A stretch of DNA of 64,000 nucleotides from Eubacteriales bacterium (GCA_045588245.1 JAZNDW010000036.1:8068-72067), one strand, 5' to 3'; shown: positions 27,256 to 37,668, numbered from the stretch's first letter. The notes: generated by a model from the sequence alone, not told the origin. Numbers and translations are program-made.

Positions 27256-28305
27256 TCAGTTGAAGAAATAAAGCGTTGCGACGACACGGTCGATCATAAT
27301 GTCAGTATAGATCGAGCAATAACCGTTGTCAAAATCGCTGATATAGCTGGAGTTTATGTAAACATAGTAGCCACGCGAATCATCATCAAGGTAATCGGTG
27401 CTAAAACCTGAGGATATGCTGCTGGAACGTTCGTAGTTAACGTAACCCACTTCGTTTACCGTAATGTCGTATGTTGAAGTATCAACGGAAACATAGTAAC
27501 CGCCGTAAATATATGAATATTCCATAGCATAACTCGAAAGAGTAGAATAATATCTGTCAGCGTATTCGCTCTTCATTGTGAATCTTTGACTATATGAAAC
27601 GTCCGAAAGCTCATTGAAGGCGTTGAATGAGGGCGTTATTGTTTCGGTATATTCAAAATAATCGTACCAGTTATCGACTGTGAGCTCAACAACGGTCATT
27701 TCATCAACGTCGTAAGCGGAGTTGGAAACCGATGCGTAGTAGCCATTTTCGTGATCGTAACCGTAAAGATATGTGTACCAACGTTCGTTATCACTGTCGT
27801 ATCTGTAGTATACCTGATAAGGAACAGCATCTCCATCCGTGATATTGATCTCAAAATATGTGATCGGATCTTCATAGTCTCTTACATTGCCAAGCGTCCA
27901 TTCGTAAGACGTGCCGAAAATCTCACACGTTCCATCCTCTCTTACGGTGAACGCAATATTGGATTCGGTATCGTAATCGTAGTAAGTCCATGTGCCGGGG
28001 ATAATGTCTGCCGTCCATGCGTATTTGTCGGAAGGATCCTCGGCAGTTTCCGTATCCATTATATCGCCACCGTCGTTGCGATCGGTATCACCGTCTTCTC
28101 CGTCGTCATCTTCTTCGGAGAATATATCTTCGATTTCTTTCATTACATCATCGTAATCTTCGTCTTCAAGAGCTTCTATAAGATCTTCATATTTTTCATA
28201 AAGATCGATCTTTTCCTGCTGTTTTTCAGTCAGCTCTGCTTCGCAGGAGCAAAGCGGAAGCACGCACATCGTGAGTGCCAAAAGTATAAGTACAGTTTTT
28301 TTCAT
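27256..28305 (-). CDS. Secreted lipoprotein of unknown function, rich in Asp, Glu and Tyr
   Basis: MKKTVLILLALTMCVLPLCSCEA is a signal peptide plus lipobox. An acidic linker follows, then a Tyr-rich beta-type region. I recognise no family. Confidence 0.7.
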   Translation of the reverse strand: MKKTVLILLALTMCVLPLCSCEAELTEKQQEKIDLYEKYEDLIEALEDEDYDDVMKEIEDIFSEEDDDGEDGDTDRNDGGDIMDTETAEDPSDKYAWTADIIPGTWTYYDYDTESNIAFTVREDGTCEIFGTSYEWTLGNVRDYEDPITYFEINITDGDAVPYQVYYRYDSDNERWYTYLYGYDHENGYYASVSNSAYDVDEMTVVELTVDNWYDYFEYTETITPSFNAFNELSDVSYSQRFTMKSEYADRYYSTLSSYAMEYSYIYGGYYVSVDTSTYDITVNEVGYVNYERSSSISSGFSTDYLDDDSRGYYVYINSSYISDFDNGYCSIYTDIMIDRVVATLYFFN

Positions 28306-28369
28306 GTCAACACCTCTGTATAGTAGTTACAAATGGAAACGGCAGTCTTAAGGACTACCGTTTTAGGTT

Positions 28370-29143
28370 TTATTCTTCGTCCTGTTCCCAGTTGTGGTAA
28401 ACGTTCTGCACGTCGTCGTTATCGTCAAGCATTTCAAGAAGCAGGTTCATGTTCTTGATCGCATCCTCATCGGTGAGAGTAACATAGCTCTGCGGAACCA
28501 TATCCTTTTCTGCGGAAATGACGGGATAACCTGCGGCTTCAAGAGCTTCGCGGACGGCGCCCATATCGTTCGGCTCGGTGGAGATCTCGTAAACCTCGTC
28601 ATCGTCAGCGTTAAAATCGGTCGCGCCGACGTCAAGTGCCGCCATCATGAGTTCTTCTTCGTCAACAGGTGTGGGCTTCGTGCCTCTCGGAGCCTTGGGA
28701 TCGGGCTCGATCTCACGTGCAACGAGAACGACGCCGCGTTCGTCAAACATATAGCTTACGCAGCCGTTCGTACCCATGTTTCCGCCGTATTTGTCAAAGT
28801 AGTGACGCATTTCGCCGGCAGTACGGTTTCTGTTGTCCGTCGTCGTTTCAACGATAACGGCAACACCGGACGGGCCATAGCCCTCGTAAACAACCTCTTC
28901 GTAAACCGTGCCGTCGTTACCTGATGCTTTTTTGAGCGTACGCTCGATGTTATCGTTCGGAACGTTGTTTGCTTTCGCCTTTGAAATAAGGTCGCGGAGC
29001 TTGCTGTTGGATGCCGGATCCGCTCCGCCCTCGCGTACAGCGATGGCGATTTCCTTACCGATCTTTGTGAAAATTTTGGCGCGCTGAGCGTCTGTTTTTT
29101 CCTTTTTGTGTTTTATGTTGTTCCATTTGCTATGGCCGGACAT
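28370..29143 (-). CDS. yebC: YebC/PmpR-family DNA-binding regulator
   Basis: MSGHSKWNNIKHKKEKTDAQRAKIFTKIGKEI is the family signature N-terminus. Confidence 0.93.
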   Translation of the reverse strand: MSGHSKWNNIKHKKEKTDAQRAKIFTKIGKEIAIAVREGGADPASNSKLRDLISKAKANNVPNDNIERTLKKASGNDGTVYEEVVYEGYGPSGVAVIVETTTDNRNRTAGEMRHYFDKYGGNMGTNGCVSYMFDERGVVLVAREIEPDPKAPRGTKPTPVDEEELMMAALDVGATDFNADDDEVYEISTEPNDMGAVREALEAAGYPVISAEKDMVPQSYVTLTDEDAIKNMNLLLEMLDDNDDVQNVYHNWEQDEE

Positions 29144-29181
29144 AAAAACCTCCGTTTGTTATAAATAAAATAAATTACAGC

Positions 29182-30915
29182 TTATATGCGCTCGGTTTTC
29201 TTGATGCAGATCAGCTCAAGCGCGTTTCCGAGAACGGAATTGGCAGCTTCGCAAAGTCCGAGACGGAAAGATTTTACCGAATCATCTTCTGCCGACAGAA
29301 TCGGGCAGTTATGATAGAAGCGGTTGAAGTCTCCGCAAACGTCAAGAATATATCTTGTAACGATCGACGGTTCATATTCGCGGACGGCGGACTCAACAAC
29401 TTCATAAAAACGCGAAAGCGTGATAAGCAAATCACGTTCCTCCTCGGCGGTAACAGCCCCTGCCGCAGATTTTATGCCTTCTGCCGCAGCTTTATTCTTT
29501 ATGCTGCAGGTTCTTGCATAGGTATACATTGCGTAAGGACCGGTATTGCCTTCAAAGTTAAGAGCGTCGTCCATATTGAAGTTGATGTCGCGTACGCGGT
29601 TGGATGACAGATAGTAAAATATGATCGCGCCGACGCCGACAGCTTCGGCTGTAGCCGCCTTTTCTTCGCCTGACAGCGTAGGATTCTTAACGGAAACGAT
29701 CTCCGCTACCTTTTCGATCGCGGTGCGGAACAGATCCTTCAGCAAAATGACGTTGCCCGTTCTCGTCGCAAGCTTTTCGCCGCCAATGCTGACGGTGCCG
29801 TACGGCACGTGTACGAGCTTATCGTACCAATCGTATCCCATAAGCTGTACGACGCGGAACCACTGTGCAAAGTGCAGGCTCTGGCCGGCAGAGGTAACGT
29901 AAATGCACTTTTCGAAATCGTATTCGCGTTTTCTGTAAACAGCGGCAGAAATATCACGAGTAGGATAAAGAGTTGATCCGTCGCGCTTCAAAATAAGGCA
30001 TGGAGGCATATTGAACTCTGACAAGTCAACGATAGAAGCACCGTCGTCGATCTTCAAGAGATCCATCTGACGCAAGCGCTCGACCTGCTCGGGCATTTTA
30101 TCAGTATAGAAGCTTTCGCCTGCGTAGCTGTCAAATTCGATACCGAGCTGATTATACGTTACGTTATATTCTTTGAAGCTGACGTCGATAAACCAACGCC
30201 AAAGCGCGAGGTTGTCCTCATCGCCTTCTTCAAGCTTATGAAATTCTGCACGTGCGGAGGATTCAAGGGAGGGATCTTTCTCCGCTTCTGCGTGGAATTT
30301 AACGTAAAGAGCAACGAGCTCGTCGATACCGCCCGATTCGATCTTTTCGCGGTCACCCCAAAGACGGTATGCGACTATCATCTTACCGAACTGTGTTCCC
30401 CAGTCGCCGAGATGATTGATACCGATGCAGTTATAGCCGCAGAATTCATGCAGCTTTTTAAGCGAGTGACCGATAACGGTCGTGCCGAGATGACCGATAT
30501 GGAAAGGCTTAGCAACGTTAGGGGACGAATAGTCGAGAACGACCGTTTTGCCCTCTCCGACGTTCGTGCGTCCGTAGTCAGCCCCGAGAGCATCGATTTT
30601 ACAGTAAAGCTCGCCGGCAAGGTACTGTGCGCTGATCTTGAAATTGAGGTATCCGCCTGCAAGCGTCATGTCGGCAACGCCGTCAAGAAGCTTGTTTTCG
30701 GAGATGTGATTTGCGATAGATTCCGCAATTTTCGGAGGCGCTGAACGGAGCTCGCGACTGAAACGGAAGCAAGGCAGCGCAAGATCTCCCATCGTTTTGT
30801 CCGGAGGATACTCAAGATACGAAACTATATCCTCCGCCTTGACGGAACTGTTGGGATAGAGCGCCGCAATCGCGCTTGCCGCCGACGCGGCAATCTTATT
30901 TTTTATATAGAGCAT
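29182..30915 (-). CDS. argS: Arginine--tRNA ligase
   Basis: 577 aa. It has SSPNVAKPFHIGHLGTTVIG (HIGH) and the C-terminal anticodon-binding DALR-type region. Confidence 0.93.
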   Translation of the reverse strand: MLYIKNKIAASAASAIAALYPNSSVKAEDIVSYLEYPPDKTMGDLALPCFRFSRELRSAPPKIAESIANHISENKLLDGVADMTLAGGYLNFKISAQYLAGELYCKIDALGADYGRTNVGEGKTVVLDYSSPNVAKPFHIGHLGTTVIGHSLKKLHEFCGYNCIGINHLGDWGTQFGKMIVAYRLWGDREKIESGGIDELVALYVKFHAEAEKDPSLESSARAEFHKLEEGDEDNLALWRWFIDVSFKEYNVTYNQLGIEFDSYAGESFYTDKMPEQVERLRQMDLLKIDDGASIVDLSEFNMPPCLILKRDGSTLYPTRDISAAVYRKREYDFEKCIYVTSAGQSLHFAQWFRVVQLMGYDWYDKLVHVPYGTVSIGGEKLATRTGNVILLKDLFRTAIEKVAEIVSVKNPTLSGEEKAATAEAVGVGAIIFYYLSSNRVRDINFNMDDALNFEGNTGPYAMYTYARTCSIKNKAAAEGIKSAAGAVTAEEERDLLITLSRFYEVVESAVREYEPSIVTRYILDVCGDFNRFYHNCPILSAEDDSVKSFRLGLCEAANSVLGNALELICIKKTERI

Positions 30916-30947
30916 AGTTTGTCCTTATATACTAACTAAATATTGTA

Positions 30948-32108
30948 TCAGTTGTTACTATCTATCTTGATCTGCGAATTGTTGAGCCGAAACGCTTCGT
31001 TATGCTTTTCAACGATCGCGTTGATCTTTGCAACGGGATCAAGCAGTGCGCTCATCGTGTGGTCCTGGTTGAGCGTGTCAATAATCATCGCAACGTACTT
31101 GCAAAGATTGACCTCGGTATACCATTCGCGAGCTTTGAGCTCTTCTGTGCGGTAGATCAGGTTCGTTGTGAATATTTGTGTGAAAGCGCCTTCCGCGTAT
31201 GCGCGGTCAAACGCTTCAAGACCGTTGCAGAACAGTCCGAACGAGCAGAAAACGTAAACGTTGTTTGCGCCCTTTGCCTTAAGCTGCTTGCAGACGTCGA
31301 TCATCGATTCGCCCGAGGAGATCATGTCCTCGCCAACGATAACGTCCATTTCGCGCAGATCGCGTCCGATGTATTCGTGCGCTTCGATGGGGTTTCTTCC
31401 GTCAACAACGCGGGTGTAGTCACGGCGCTTATAGAACATACCGAGCTCAACACCGAGCATGGAGCTGTAATAAATACAGCGGGACATCGCGCCCTCGTCG
31501 GGAGAAACGATCATGAGATCGTCTTTTGAAAGAGAAATATCAGGGAACTTATGCAAGAGTGCCTTGATCATCTGATATGTGGGACGCACGTTTTCAAATC
31601 CGGAAAGCGGAATAGCGTTCTGTACGCGCGGGTCGTGTGCATCAAACGTGATGAGGTTGGATACGCCCATTTCGGCAAGCTCCTTGAGCATGAGTGCACA
31701 GTCAAGAGACTCACGTGAGGAACGCTTGTGCTGTCTGCCTTCGTAAAGCATGGGCATAATGACGTTGATACGGTGAGCTTTACCGCCGATGGCACCGATG
31801 ATTCTCTTCAGATCCTGGAAATGATCGTCGGGGCTCATACGGTTATACTGACCGTACATTTTATACTGCACGCTGTAGTTGAAGCAGTCGACGATTATGT
31901 AAACGTCGTGTCCGCGGAGTGATTCCAAAATAAGGCCCTTGCCTTCGCCGGAGCCAAATCTCGGACAATCCGTTTTTACAAGGAACGTTTTTTCCTCACG
32001 TCCTTCGGGTGTGCGCCAGGATGAAAGATACTCTTCTACGGTTTTTGCGAACTCCTCACAGCCTTTCATGGCTATAATGCTGAGTTCGCCGTTAATACAT
32101 GCAAGCAT
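30948..32108 (-). CDS. prs: Ribose-phosphate pyrophosphokinase family protein (long, ~386-aa variant)
   Basis: It has IIAMKGCEEFA, ITFDAHDPRVQNAIP and VGEDMISSGESMID (PRPP-binding loop). Confidence 0.75.
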   Translation of the reverse strand: MLACINGELSIIAMKGCEEFAKTVEEYLSSWRTPEGREEKTFLVKTDCPRFGSGEGKGLILESLRGHDVYIIVDCFNYSVQYKMYGQYNRMSPDDHFQDLKRIIGAIGGKAHRINVIMPMLYEGRQHKRSSRESLDCALMLKELAEMGVSNLITFDAHDPRVQNAIPLSGFENVRPTYQMIKALLHKFPDISLSKDDLMIVSPDEGAMSRCIYYSSMLGVELGMFYKRRDYTRVVDGRNPIEAHEYIGRDLREMDVIVGEDMISSGESMIDVCKQLKAKGANNVYVFCSFGLFCNGLEAFDRAYAEGAFTQIFTTNLIYRTEELKAREWYTEVNLCKYVAMIIDTLNQDHTMSALLDPVAKINAIVEKHNEAFRLNNSQIKIDSNN

Positions 32109-32371
32109 TATAAGTTCCCTCCAAATAATGTGTATGAATTATGTATTTTGAAATATAGCAACAAAATACATTGTATATTATAGCACAAAATCAGCTTCTA
32201 TGAAACACTTTATATAAAATTTTGTCTTTTTTTGTTCGAATTTATGTTTTATGTATAATAGTGATTGCAGAACGGGATTTTTTTTGGTATACTATTACAT
32301 ATAGACAACTTTGATTTTCCGGCAATACTGCCGCCACCGCAATACACGTATCAAAAAAGGATCATTATCTG

Positions 32372-32950
32372 ATGAAAAAGCATCTTCGTTTTTATATTAT
32401 AAAGCTGTTTTTACTTGTCATAATCGCGCTCTGTGCAACGCTCGTTGCTTTTCTTTGCAAATCGATTATCGTGCCGTTTGAAAGCCTGATGTACCGCGTG
32501 CTCAGAAACGGCATTCCGATGCTCTTTTTCATGTACTTCATGTATACGGTCGAATCGCGCATCAAGGTGCCCGAAAACAAAGAAAAGCTCACGGGAAAAT
32601 ATTTTTTCTTGTTTTCCCTGCACGAGCTTTCCGTTTACGTTATATTTTTGATCCCGATGCATGTGCTGTACATCCGTGACAGTATGTTTATTTACGGCGA
32701 CGGCTTTCTCTCGCTGTTTTATGAGCCTCACGCGCTCTTTTATCACATATTGCGCGGGCTGCCAACGATAGTGAACACGCTCATTCCTGCCATTATTTTC
32801 GGCGGTGTTGCGTGTCTTGCACACTACAACAAGTCCAAGCGTCCGGCTCCAGTGCCGTCCGTTGACGAGCTTGCCGGAAATGGCGCTTACGATGACGACG
32901 ACGGAGACGTCGACAATTCCAAAGCCGAGAGCTCCGACAGCGAAGAATAA
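32372..32950 (+). CDS. Hypothetical integral membrane protein with an acidic C-terminal tail
   Basis: 192 aa with about 5 hydrophobic segments. I recognise no family. Confidence 0.55.
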   Translation: MKKHLRFYIIKLFLLVIIALCATLVAFLCKSIIVPFESLMYRVLRNGIPMLFFMYFMYTVESRIKVPENKEKLTGKYFFLFSLHELSVYVIFLIPMHVLYIRDSMFIYGDGFLSLFYEPHALFYHILRGLPTIVNTLIPAIIFGGVACLAHYNKSKRPAPVPSVDELAGNGAYDDDDGDVDNSKAESSDSEE

Positions 32951-33637
32951 CTACTGCTTTATAATCTCCGTAACGGTGAGATTATCGCCGTTTACACGAA
33001 ATTTTATCTCAAAGCCTGCATAAACGAAGCCGTATATCCTTTCGGCATCGTTCTGATACGACGGACGCGGATCGTCTGCGAGAATCGCGCAGACGGCGGC
33101 TCTGTGTTCAGGGGGTATCATCGCTTCACATTCATCGGGTACCGTTACGTTCAGCTTGTGGCCCTCCACCTCGTCGGCAAATCCGCCGACGGCGTCGGGA
33201 TGCATATCCGACGCAGGCAGATACGGCTTCACATCGTATATCGGCGTGCCGTCTATCAGATCAGCGCCTTCAACGATCAGTGTCGGTGCGTCGGGACTGT
33301 CGTAGTCAATGTCGACGAGCTTCACCGACGACAGCCCGATCGGGTTCGGTCTGTATGGCGAACGCGTTGCAAATACGCCGACGCGCTTATTTCCGCCAAG
33401 ACGCGGCGGACGAACGGTGGGGCGCCAGCCTTCCCCGTTTTTCGGAGCGTCCGCAAGCTCCGAAAACTCCCAGATAAGCCATATATGTGAATATCCGAGA
33501 AGTCCTCTGAACGCTTCTTCACGTCTGTACTGCGGCTCGAATACGATCCTGCCGTAAACGCCCGAAACACGTCCGCTTTGGCGAGGTACACCGAACTTCT
33601 GCGGAAAATCCGTTTTTATCGTTGCTATTTTTTTCAT
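32951..33637 (-). CDS. trmO: tRNA (t6A37-N6)-methyltransferase TrmO (YaeB family)
   Basis: The start is re-set to ATG 33637 (AAAGGAAAG RBS). MKKIATIKTDFPQKFGVPRQSG and YSHIWLIWEF are TrmO/TsaA hallmarks. Confidence 0.88.
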   Translation of the reverse strand: MKKIATIKTDFPQKFGVPRQSGRVSGVYGRIVFEPQYRREEAFRGLLGYSHIWLIWEFSELADAPKNGEGWRPTVRPPRLGGNKRVGVFATRSPYRPNPIGLSSVKLVDIDYDSPDAPTLIVEGADLIDGTPIYDVKPYLPASDMHPDAVGGFADEVEGHKLNVTVPDECEAMIPPEHRAAVCAILADDPRPSYQNDAERIYGFVYAGFEIKFRVNGDNLTVTEIIKQ

Positions 33638-33720
33638 TACAGTATAACTTTCCTTTTGGTTGTTATCGTGATTATTATAATACTTTACCCCAAATAAAAT
33701 CAATAGTTTGGAGACGTGCC

Positions 33721-35898
33721 ATGAAAAAACACACAAAGATCCTCTTTTGCGTTTGCATCTTACTCATATTAACAGCGATAGCAACAGCGTCAATTTACGC
33801 TAAAGACCCAAACGCACCGCCGATGTCCGTCGTCGTCGGGCTTGACGACGGGTATGAATACGTAATAGAGCCGTATGAATCGTGGGGAAGCTATTATTTT
33901 CTGCTTCCCGGTACCGTTGATCCGAAAAACATCACCGTTAAGTATACAGGCTCATATATGATCTGCAACGAAAAAGGCGACGTTGAGCTTTATTCCGGCG
34001 ACACGGTCGTTTGCGACGGCAACAAGGGCACGATTTCTATTAAAGAATACGATTCGGACAAGAAAACATACAACAAATACTCCGTAAACGTCATTTTCGG
34101 AAGCGATATCGGCTCCGTTTACATCACGCTTGACGGCGGCGACAAAGCTTTCAACAGAGTTAACACATCGAAAGAAAACGACGAAACGGGCGATATTACC
34201 GTTATAGACAAGGCAGGAAACGTCATTTACGACGGTGAAATGACCAGGCTTGCGGGTCATGGGCTTACGTCCTATTCGACCGGTCCCTCATCACAAGTCA
34301 AAAACTCGCTCAATCTCAATATTGCGGAGAAGACCGAGCTGATCTACGGCGCGGGAGATGCAAAAAAATGGGTCCTTCTGACACCTCGCAGATACGCGGG
34401 TGACCGCGACACTACGGGACTTTCGCAGATCGCGGCTTTCCGCACGTACAGTGCCATTATCGGAAACAAGCGTGCTTCCATAGAAGGCGAATACATCGAC
34501 CTTTACGTGAACGGCGAATACCGCGGACTCTATATCCTCACCGAACGAATGAACGATGGCGGTGCCATCGACGTTAAGGGGCTTGAAGATTACGTCACTC
34601 CGTCAGGAAATCTCAAAACTGTCCGTGATTACGAAAATAACGGACGCGATCCCGCACTCAACACGGGGCTTCACAAATATACCTACGACGAGGGAGCGAA
34701 GCTCACCGACAAATCCATCGACATCACGGGCGGATACGTCCTTGAAGTTATGTGCGACAATTATGAGGGATGCGGCTTTGAAACAAAGCACGGACTTAAC
34801 GTTGCGATAAAGAGCCCCGAATCCTGCACAAAGGAAATGGTCCGTTATATTGCCGCATACGTTCAGAATTTTGAAAATGCAATTTACTCGGAAACGGGCT
34901 ACAACAGCGAAGGCAAGCACTATTCCGAATATGCCGACGTGAAAAGTCTTGCGGACACGGTTCTCGTTTATTCTTATTACATAAACTTTGAATATTTCCG
35001 CACGAGCACCTATATGTATAAGGATGCAGACGGCAAATCAAACGATCTGTTAACGTTTGGTCCTGCGTGGGATTTTGAAACGGGCGCGCAGTACCTGAAG
35101 AATGATAAGACCCTTTTCGGCACGACGAACGGATTTACGTATAACGTTCTTCAGCAGTATATCTGGTCTGAACAGTTGTGGCAGCACGGCGACTTTATGG
35201 AATATCTTTGCAAAGAGAACGAACGAATGAAAGCCGCACTGTCCGAATTGACGGGACTCAAAGAATCAACGACCGTAATTCCGCTGCAGTCAACCGTTGA
35301 TACCGTTGCCGATTCGGCTGACATGAATCATATGCGTTGGGGCGGCGACAATTTCAACGATATGTTCGGCAGCTTCACAAAAGCCGTTGACACTCGATTC
35401 TCCCATTGGTACGATACGTTATGGAATCCCGATGAATATTTGCTTTACGTTTCGGTTAACGCAAAAGAAAACGATGACAGCACGATCACTTTAACGGCAA
35501 CAAGCCTCGGCGAAAACGACGGATATTACAAATGGTACCGTATTGATACCGATGAGCCCGAAAAGTCCTACATCTTTGCGACGAAAAAGGAATCTATCAC
35601 CGTTGAAGCAGATGGGACCGTCTACTATTGCACCCTCTCGGGCGCGAATAACGCTTATTACGAATTTGCATCCGGCGACATCTTCAGCAGTGACACCATT
35701 ACTATGAAAAGCGGTAACGTAGCGGCTGTTGCAGGCGTATACGTTGATCCGCCCGAAACGGAGCCGATAACCGACACCGAACCGCCGACGAACACCACTG
35801 AAAACGGATGCGGAGGATCGCTTGGCTTTGCCGCCGTACCGATCATAATCATGCTCGCGTTTGCATCAGCTGTAACGTTCAAAAAAGAAAATCAATAA
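33721..35898 (+). CDS. CotH-family (atypical kinase fold) secreted protein with a C-terminal membrane anchor
   Basis: The start is re-set to ATG 33721 (signal peptide MKKHTKILFCVCILLILTAIATASIYA). YIDLYVNGEYRGLYILTERMNDG is CotH-like. The C-terminus, GSLGFAAVPIIIMLAFASAVTFKKENQ, is a TM anchor. Confidence 0.7.
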   Translation: MKKHTKILFCVCILLILTAIATASIYAKDPNAPPMSVVVGLDDGYEYVIEPYESWGSYYFLLPGTVDPKNITVKYTGSYMICNEKGDVELYSGDTVVCDGNKGTISIKEYDSDKKTYNKYSVNVIFGSDIGSVYITLDGGDKAFNRVNTSKENDETGDITVIDKAGNVIYDGEMTRLAGHGLTSYSTGPSSQVKNSLNLNIAEKTELIYGAGDAKKWVLLTPRRYAGDRDTTGLSQIAAFRTYSAIIGNKRASIEGEYIDLYVNGEYRGLYILTERMNDGGAIDVKGLEDYVTPSGNLKTVRDYENNGRDPALNTGLHKYTYDEGAKLTDKSIDITGGYVLEVMCDNYEGCGFETKHGLNVAIKSPESCTKEMVRYIAAYVQNFENAIYSETGYNSEGKHYSEYADVKSLADTVLVYSYYINFEYFRTSTYMYKDADGKSNDLLTFGPAWDFETGAQYLKNDKTLFGTTNGFTYNVLQQYIWSEQLWQHGDFMEYLCKENERMKAALSELTGLKESTTVIPLQSTVDTVADSADMNHMRWGGDNFNDMFGSFTKAVDTRFSHWYDTLWNPDEYLLYVSVNAKENDDSTITLTATSLGENDGYYKWYRIDTDEPEKSYIFATKKESITVEADGTVYYCTLSGANNAYYEFASGDIFSSDTITMKSGNVAAVAGVYVDPPETEPITDTEPPTNTTENGCGGSLGFAAVPIIIMLAFASAVTFKKENQ

Positions 35899-35920
35899 AT
35901 ACTACACGGAGGCAACACAA

Positions 35921-37033
35921 ATGGAATATCGCACTATAAAAGACAAAAACGTTTCCCTTTTCGGTTTTGGCTGCATGAGATTTTCTCGCAACCCGGACGG
36001 CACCATCGATCGTCCCAAAGCGTATGCCCTCATCGATCAGGCGTACGAAGCAGGCATCAATTATTTTGACACAGCTTACGTTTATCTTGAGGGAGAGAGC
36101 GAAAAGATCGTAGGCGAAGCTCTGAAAAAGTATCCTCGTGACAGCTATTACGTTGCAACAAAGCTGCCCTCCTGGGGCACCGACACCCCCGAGCGTGCTA
36201 TTGAGATATTTGAAGAACAGCTCACGCGCCTCGGCATGGATTACGTTGACTACTATCTGCTCCACGCGATGAATCGCGGATCTTTTAACAAGTTCGTCGA
36301 AAACGGTATCGTCGATTTCTGCAAAAAACTCAAAGAAGATGGCCGCATCAAGAATCTCGGTTTTTCGTTCCACGACAATTACGAAGCTTTTGAGTACATA
36401 CTCGGCTATACCGATTGGGATTTCTGCCAGGTGCAGTATAACTACATGGATCAGAACGATCAGGCAACCACAAAAGGTGTCGATCTCTGCCTGGAAAAAG
36501 GCATTCCCGTTATCATAATGGAGCCCATAAAGGGAGGTACGCTCGCAAACATTCCCGAAGACGCTATGGCGCCGCTCAAGGCGATCGCTCCCGACGCTTC
36601 GGCTTCGTCCTGGGCGCTTCGCTGGGTCGGCTCGCATCCCGCAGTAAAGGTCATCCTCAGCGGCATGAACGAAAAATGGCAGCTTGACGATAACCTCAAT
36701 ACGTTCAATGCTTTCAAGCCGCTCACGGAGGAAGAATATTCCGCCGTTGAAAGAACGCGTCGCATCATTCTTTCGCGCGTGAGAAACGGTTGCACAGGTT
36801 GCCGTTACTGTATGCCCTGCCCCGGCGGCGTTGATATACCGCGAATTTTCGGCATCTGGAACGAATATGCCAGATACGGCAACGTCCGCACTGCGAAAGG
36901 TTACGGACGCGTGAAGCCCGAAGCCAAGGCTGACAACTGCCTTGAGTGCGGAGCCTGCATGGAAAAGTGCCCGCAGGGCTTTGACATTATTGCCGATCTC
37001 AAAGCCGCAAAGGCAGAACTCGAATCCGTGTAA
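35921..37033 (+). CDS. Aldo/keto reductase with a C-terminal 4Fe-4S ferredoxin-like Cys cluster
   Basis: GGAGG RBS. It has FGFGCMRF, INYFDTAYVY, and CTGCRYCMPCP plus CLECGACMEKCP. Confidence 0.88.
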   Translation: MEYRTIKDKNVSLFGFGCMRFSRNPDGTIDRPKAYALIDQAYEAGINYFDTAYVYLEGESEKIVGEALKKYPRDSYYVATKLPSWGTDTPERAIEIFEEQLTRLGMDYVDYYLLHAMNRGSFNKFVENGIVDFCKKLKEDGRIKNLGFSFHDNYEAFEYILGYTDWDFCQVQYNYMDQNDQATTKGVDLCLEKGIPVIIMEPIKGGTLANIPEDAMAPLKAIAPDASASSWALRWVGSHPAVKVILSGMNEKWQLDDNLNTFNAFKPLTEEEYSAVERTRRIILSRVRNGCTGCRYCMPCPGGVDIPRIFGIWNEYARYGNVRTAKGYGRVKPEAKADNCLECGACMEKCPQGFDIIADLKAAKAELESV

Positions 37034-37061
37034 TATTAAAAGAATATACTTAACATCATAA

Positions 37062-37099
37062 TAAAAAGCCATAGCACGTTTGTGCTATGGCTTTTATTT
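37062..37099. terminator. Bidirectional terminator
   Basis: AGCCATAGCAC-GTTT-GTGCTATGGCT hairpin flanked by A and T runs. Confidence 0.8.
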
Positions 37100-37110
37100 A
37101 GTAAAAGGAA

Positions 37111-37494
37111 TCAGAAGAGCTTGTTAGCGTCAACAACGTACTTATCCATAACGATCTTGACAAGGTCAATCAGAGCAAGGATGCCGCCGATTCCGCAAAC
37201 AAAAGACATGATGATCTTGAAAATGCCTTTCTTTGTTTCGCCAAGCATAAAGTTGTGGATACCCAAGCCGCCGACGAAGAGGCAAACGAGGATTATAACG
37301 AGTTTATCCTGACCGTTGAGGCCTGCGGAAGCTTTCTTAAGAGCAACACCGCAGTTAAGACAAACTTCGGCACCTTCGTTAACTGCATTTCCGCAGTTAT
37401 GGCAGAAAGAAGTGCCGTCACCGACTTTAACGCCACACTTTAAGCAAATAGCCTGATTATCGTTGAGCTGTTCGCCGCAATTCTTGCAATACAT
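37111..37494 (-). CDS. Double zinc-ribbon / TM2-domain membrane protein
   Basis: MYCKNCGEQL, CLKCG, FCHNCGN and CLNCG form two zinc ribbons. GGLGIHNFMLGETKKG is the TM2 domain motif. Confidence 0.8.
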   Translation of the reverse strand: MYCKNCGEQLNDNQAICLKCGVKVGDGTSFCHNCGNAVNEGAEVCLNCGVALKKASAGLNGQDKLVIILVCLFVGGLGIHNFMLGETKKGIFKIIMSFVCGIGGILALIDLVKIVMDKYVVDANKLF

Positions 37495-37611
37495 AGTAAT
37501 TCCTCACATTCTTTAGAGTTAATATAATTGTAACATCTCATCAGACATTTGTCAACTATATATGACATATTATAAGCATATTTTCTCCGTTCTCCGATCT
37601 TAACAAAGCAT

Positions 37612-37650
37612 AAAAAAGCACCTATGGCAACTGCCATAGGTGCTTTTATT
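37612..37650 (-). terminator. Rho-independent terminator of the solute-binding lipoprotein gene
   Basis: AGCACCTATGGCA / TGCCATAGGTGCT hairpin, with T6 on the minus strand. Confidence 0.8.
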
Positions 37651-37668
37651 CGGTTGATTATTCCGATA

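Noticed and set aside
35879-37072. 397-aa minus-strand ORF opposite the aldo/keto reductase
   Set aside because: It is an antisense shadow ORF. The plus-strand gene has clear family motifs and an RBS.
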